A program made the position numbers and the translations under genes. The notes under the pieces are model-generated. The model saw only the letters and a list, made by a program, of their open reading frames with translations. It was not told the DNA's origin and did no database searches. A stretch of 64,000 nt of DNA from Octopus sinensis (Eukaryota): NCBI RefSeq assembly GCF_006345805.1, contig NC_043017.1:3286001-3350000 (forward strand). The letters are read 5' to 3'. Positions 61,761-64,000 of the stretch are shown here, one piece after another. Position 1 is the stretch's first letter, and each line of letters starts with the position of its first letter.

Positions 61761-63494
61761 ATATCAGTTAAATAAAGTGAAAACATGGTGTGGTTTTCAC
61801 CCTTTTTTATTATGGTATTTTAACATTAAAAAAGATATTTTGTAATGCTCATAAGGTTAATCTAGCACTTTCATACATAATGTAATCATCAGATTTCAAA
61901 TGCGTTCAACTGACAGTTGAGTTCTTGACAACTTTACTACCTCCTAGAACGCCCCAACAAGCTGAACCATTAGAATACATTTTTGATCAACCCACATACA
62001 TTCCAAACATCATGGTCCACCAAGCACACCATTATTCTGTACATAGGAGTGGCTGTGTGTTAAGTAGCTTGCTTATGAACCACATGGTTCCGGGTTCAGC
62101 TCCACTGTGTGGCACCTTGGGCAAGTGTCTTCTACTATAGCCTCGGGCCGACCAAAGGAGTTGGATGGAGTACAGCTTTTTTGTCATCGGCACTGATCCA
62201 TTTACCTTGAACTTTGGTGATTTTGAACCATTCTCCTAATGACTCAAATTTTCCTTTCTTGGCGCATTTATCATACGAATCAAGCACATGTTGAAGCCTA
62301 AACCATTTTGCTTGCTCGGAAATGACTGTAGAATTCAGTTTGTCGCTCCACAGTAGTCTCACCTCTCTTGATAATTCCACCGCTCTCTCCTTTCCGCCTT
62401 TAAGTGATTTCCCAAGAAGCTGGTACTGACCAACAATCTGCTCCTTGAGCGGCATTCAGCTTCTGCTGGCCAATGAGGCTTCTTCTACAAGTACATGACC
62501 TCTAGGTGAATGGGACTGGAACTGCACCAAATTTCTCCTCCGTTTCTCCTTGTTCTTCTGAATGACTTCAAAGGTTTTCTTGAATGACATACCACAAGCA
62601 GTGATGCAGAACTCACACTGAAACCAGAACAACAAAAGCGAAAGTGAAAGAAGAACTTAATTGCTTCATGACCAAGCATTTATTACTTAGTCTGAAATGA
62701 CACAGCAATACAATCTAATCACCACCTACGTCTTATAAATGCTTAGAATTTATTGAAAGCCAAGAGCATTGTGCAGCCTTGCCTATATTCAAACAAGTTT
62801 TGAATAAGACTACAAACATGGGCCCATGGATGAACTTTTCTAAAGAAAGTTCAAAAGTGAGTTCACTTTAGTTACTTATGCATAAAAGCTCGTCTGAATA
62901 TGACACAGGAAATTGTTTTTGAAGGAAAAAAAATTAACAAGTTTTTATCCCTAGTAAATATTTTCTTTTACTCTTTTACTTGTTTCAGTCATTTGGCTGC
63001 GGCCATGCTGGAGCACCGCTTTTAGTCAAACAAATTGACCCCAGGACTTATTCTTTGTAAGCCTGGTACTTTTGCCGAACTGCTAACATTTCCCAGCCTC
63101 TTCTTTTTGTTCTTTCTTAGTGTAAAAGAAAATAAGTACACCTGTGTCATTTTGAACAAATTTTCCTACCGCAACATCCTGATTCACCCCCGACATCCCT
63201 TTATCCCTTTCCAATCAAGAATACATCTCACGTCTGATTTCTTGACACAAATCTCTGGCAAATTACCTGCTTCTATCTTATCTCTTCACCAGGTAAATTT
63301 GTTACCTAGCTTCTTCTTTTAGTTACCTGATATTGTCCCTTTTCTTCCATTCTTTCTAAGCCTGTTTCTTTTTGTTGGTTTTTTTTTAGTTTTTATGGCT
63401 CTGTCTGAAGTAACATTTCACCATCATGTTACTTTTTGTCTGGCTAGAACCTTGCTCCAGCCTTTATTTTGTGGTCACTAATCCTTTCTCCCAT

Positions 63495-63697
63495 AGGTAC
63501 AAGGACTGAAATTTAGAAGAATGAGATGAGCCGATTACATCAACCCCAGTACACCACTGATACGTATTTTATCAACCTCAAAATGATAAAAAGGTAAAGT
63601 CGACCTCAGTGGAATTTGAACTCAGAACCTAAGGACACACAAAATGCTGCTAAGCATTTTTCTCCACATGTTAATAATTCAGCCAGCTCGCGGCCTT
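63495..63697 (-). mobile_element. Diverged SINE family A copy
   Basis: Degenerate match to the consensus. Confidence 0.65.
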
Positions 63698-64000
63698 TAT
63701 GAGGTTACTAAGCAATAGCTTATGTCAAATACTACATTTTTCACAAAGACGAGACATGTTATTGACAACTACCAGTATATCCTGTTTCCTAACAAGTATG
63801 AAGTTTACCTGGCTTGAATATGAATAAATAATTGGTTGGTTGGTTGGTTGGTTTCATGAAGATCCTGTTGCAGGTGGTTAGCTTATTTGTGTCACAGAAC
63901 TAAAGAACACCTTGATTCATGCTCATTTCCCAAACCATTTCCACAGGCAGCAAGTATACAGGAACAGCTGTTAAGGTGTTATTCGATATACGCACACCTG

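Overview
Eukaryotic, repeat-dense animal DNA. From the (TATG)n/(TG)n/(TA)n microsatellite load and the SINE families it is most likely an octopod cephalopod (inference, not a database result). The only protein-coding gene I can support is a complete type II glutamine synthetase (GLUL/GS) on the minus strand. It has six coding exons (42965-42791, 39352-39191, 36369-36223, 35233-35106, 33824-33625, 32548-32266; 1095 nt, 364 aa plus stop), all introns are GT-AG, and a probable TATA promoter and non-coding first exon lie at about 51.5-51.7 kb. The rest is at least four tRNA-derived SINE families, piggyBac-, Tc2/pogo- and mariner-type MITEs or remnants, Helitrons, and Tx1-like, RTE-like, Penelope-like and hAT remnants, plus duplications of several ages. 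The most interesting signals are: (1) a tRNA-headed short element in GS intron 1 carrying a minimal type I hammerhead ribozyme, with a Penelope-like RT remnant elsewhere in the window; (2) a 1.77-kb foldback transposon with tandem-repeat TIRs and an 8-bp TSD nested in a Helitron whose empty-site sister copy lies about 1.2 kb away; (3) a triplicated non-coding module with an invariant 19-nt block containing a CRE palindrome; (4) recurrent identical head-to-tail SINE junctions. Almost all ORFs in the supplied track are microsatellite or SINE artefacts.
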